Below are positions 63,389 through 64,000 of a DNA stretch of 64,000 nucleotides, piece after piece; the first letter of the stretch is position 1, and the number at the start of each line of letters is the position of its first letter. The notes under the pieces are model-generated. The model ran no database searches and was not told the origin of the DNA. It saw nothing but the letters and a program-made list of their open reading frames with translations. The stretch is from Geosiphon pyriformis uo1. Lineage: Eukaryota; Fungi; Glomeromycota. The translations under genes and the position numbers were made by a program. Where the stretch lies: positions 40,231-104,230 of the forward strand of contig JAAOMT010000770.1 of NCBI GenBank assembly GCA_016748015.1, given 5' to 3'.

Positions 63389-64000
63389 ACTTGATACTTT
63401 ATTTAAAAGTAATTCTTTGCACCGAAAATTCCCACTAACCTTTTATAGTCATTCGTGACCAATAAAATAAACGGAAAATCTAAAAATATATCGCCATCAT
63501 TTTTGTTTAACTTTTTATCAGATATAGAGTTAATTTAAATGTTTTGAGTATTGCAATGAGGGGTTTCCAAATTTTCAAAATGTTTGGTCTATAACAAGCC
63601 AAATTCAAATAATTAAGCTTCCAGGTTTTTTAAGCCAATGGCCTAGTAATACAACCCGTTCCAAAGTTTTAAAATCTGAACTTTATATCGCCATTTTACG
63701 CAGAATCATAAAACTCAATTGAAGCTATCCTTTCACAATTCACCGGACAATTTATTGTTTGTTTTGCAAGAATTCTTTTCAATTAGTCGTTTATAAAACA
63801 TTTCCTTATACTTAAATACCGCCACAAGTATTAATGAAAATATTTTTAAATGACGCGTTTTATGATGAGACAGTTAAACCTTATATATTCAATCAAATAA
63901 CACATGCCTAATATAATGTTTTACAATGGTGATTTTGATAAGAGATAATCCGAAAATTCCGCAATTGAATTAATTACCCGCGATGAATCATGATCTATGG

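Noticed and set aside
1-64000. CRISPR arrays, rRNA, tRNA or bacterial (endosymbiont/HGT) operons
   Set aside because: No repeat-spacer arrays or RNA-gene signatures were seen by eye. The recognisable genes, including cfa, carry spliceosomal introns.

Overview
Eukaryotic, very AT-rich fungal DNA with short GT-AG introns. The gene content and relic transposon proteins look like Glomeromycotina (arbuscular mycorrhizal lineage). The LINE ORF1 relic and lipase-3 remnant recall Geosiphon-type sequences, but this is recognition from memory and was not searched. Intact genes I could splice by hand: three paralogous 4-exon Git3/Gpr1-type 7TM GPCRs (8295-9742 +, 20537-21851 +, 25619-26929 -); a secreted single-pass Kelch-propeller protein head-to-head with GPCR3; a 14-exon Chp1/TASOR-like protein (chromo-SPOC-PIN, one homopolymer frameshift); an intronless Ser-rich orphan; a SCOCO/Slo1 coiled-coil protein; and a cyclopropane fatty-acid synthase. 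Between them lie a P450 pseudogene, a class-3 lipase pseudogene and three Tc1/mariner relics. Long low-GC blocks (about 19% GC in a 300-bp hand count) turn out to be transition-hypermutated transposons: a 3.8-kb TIR element, a 3.4-kb MULE, and LINE and Gypsy relics. Main observations: (1) a C-to-T/G-to-A hypermutation signature that removes CpG, CC and TC but spares CA, unlike classical ascomycete RIP; (2) a perfect CpG-rich 44-bp palindrome that survives at the end of the otherwise eroded MULE; (3) a RITS/HUSH-type Chp1-like gene with a degenerate chromodomain; (4) a diversified GPCR array paired with a Kelch-type candidate co-receptor. All family calls come from motif recognition by eye.
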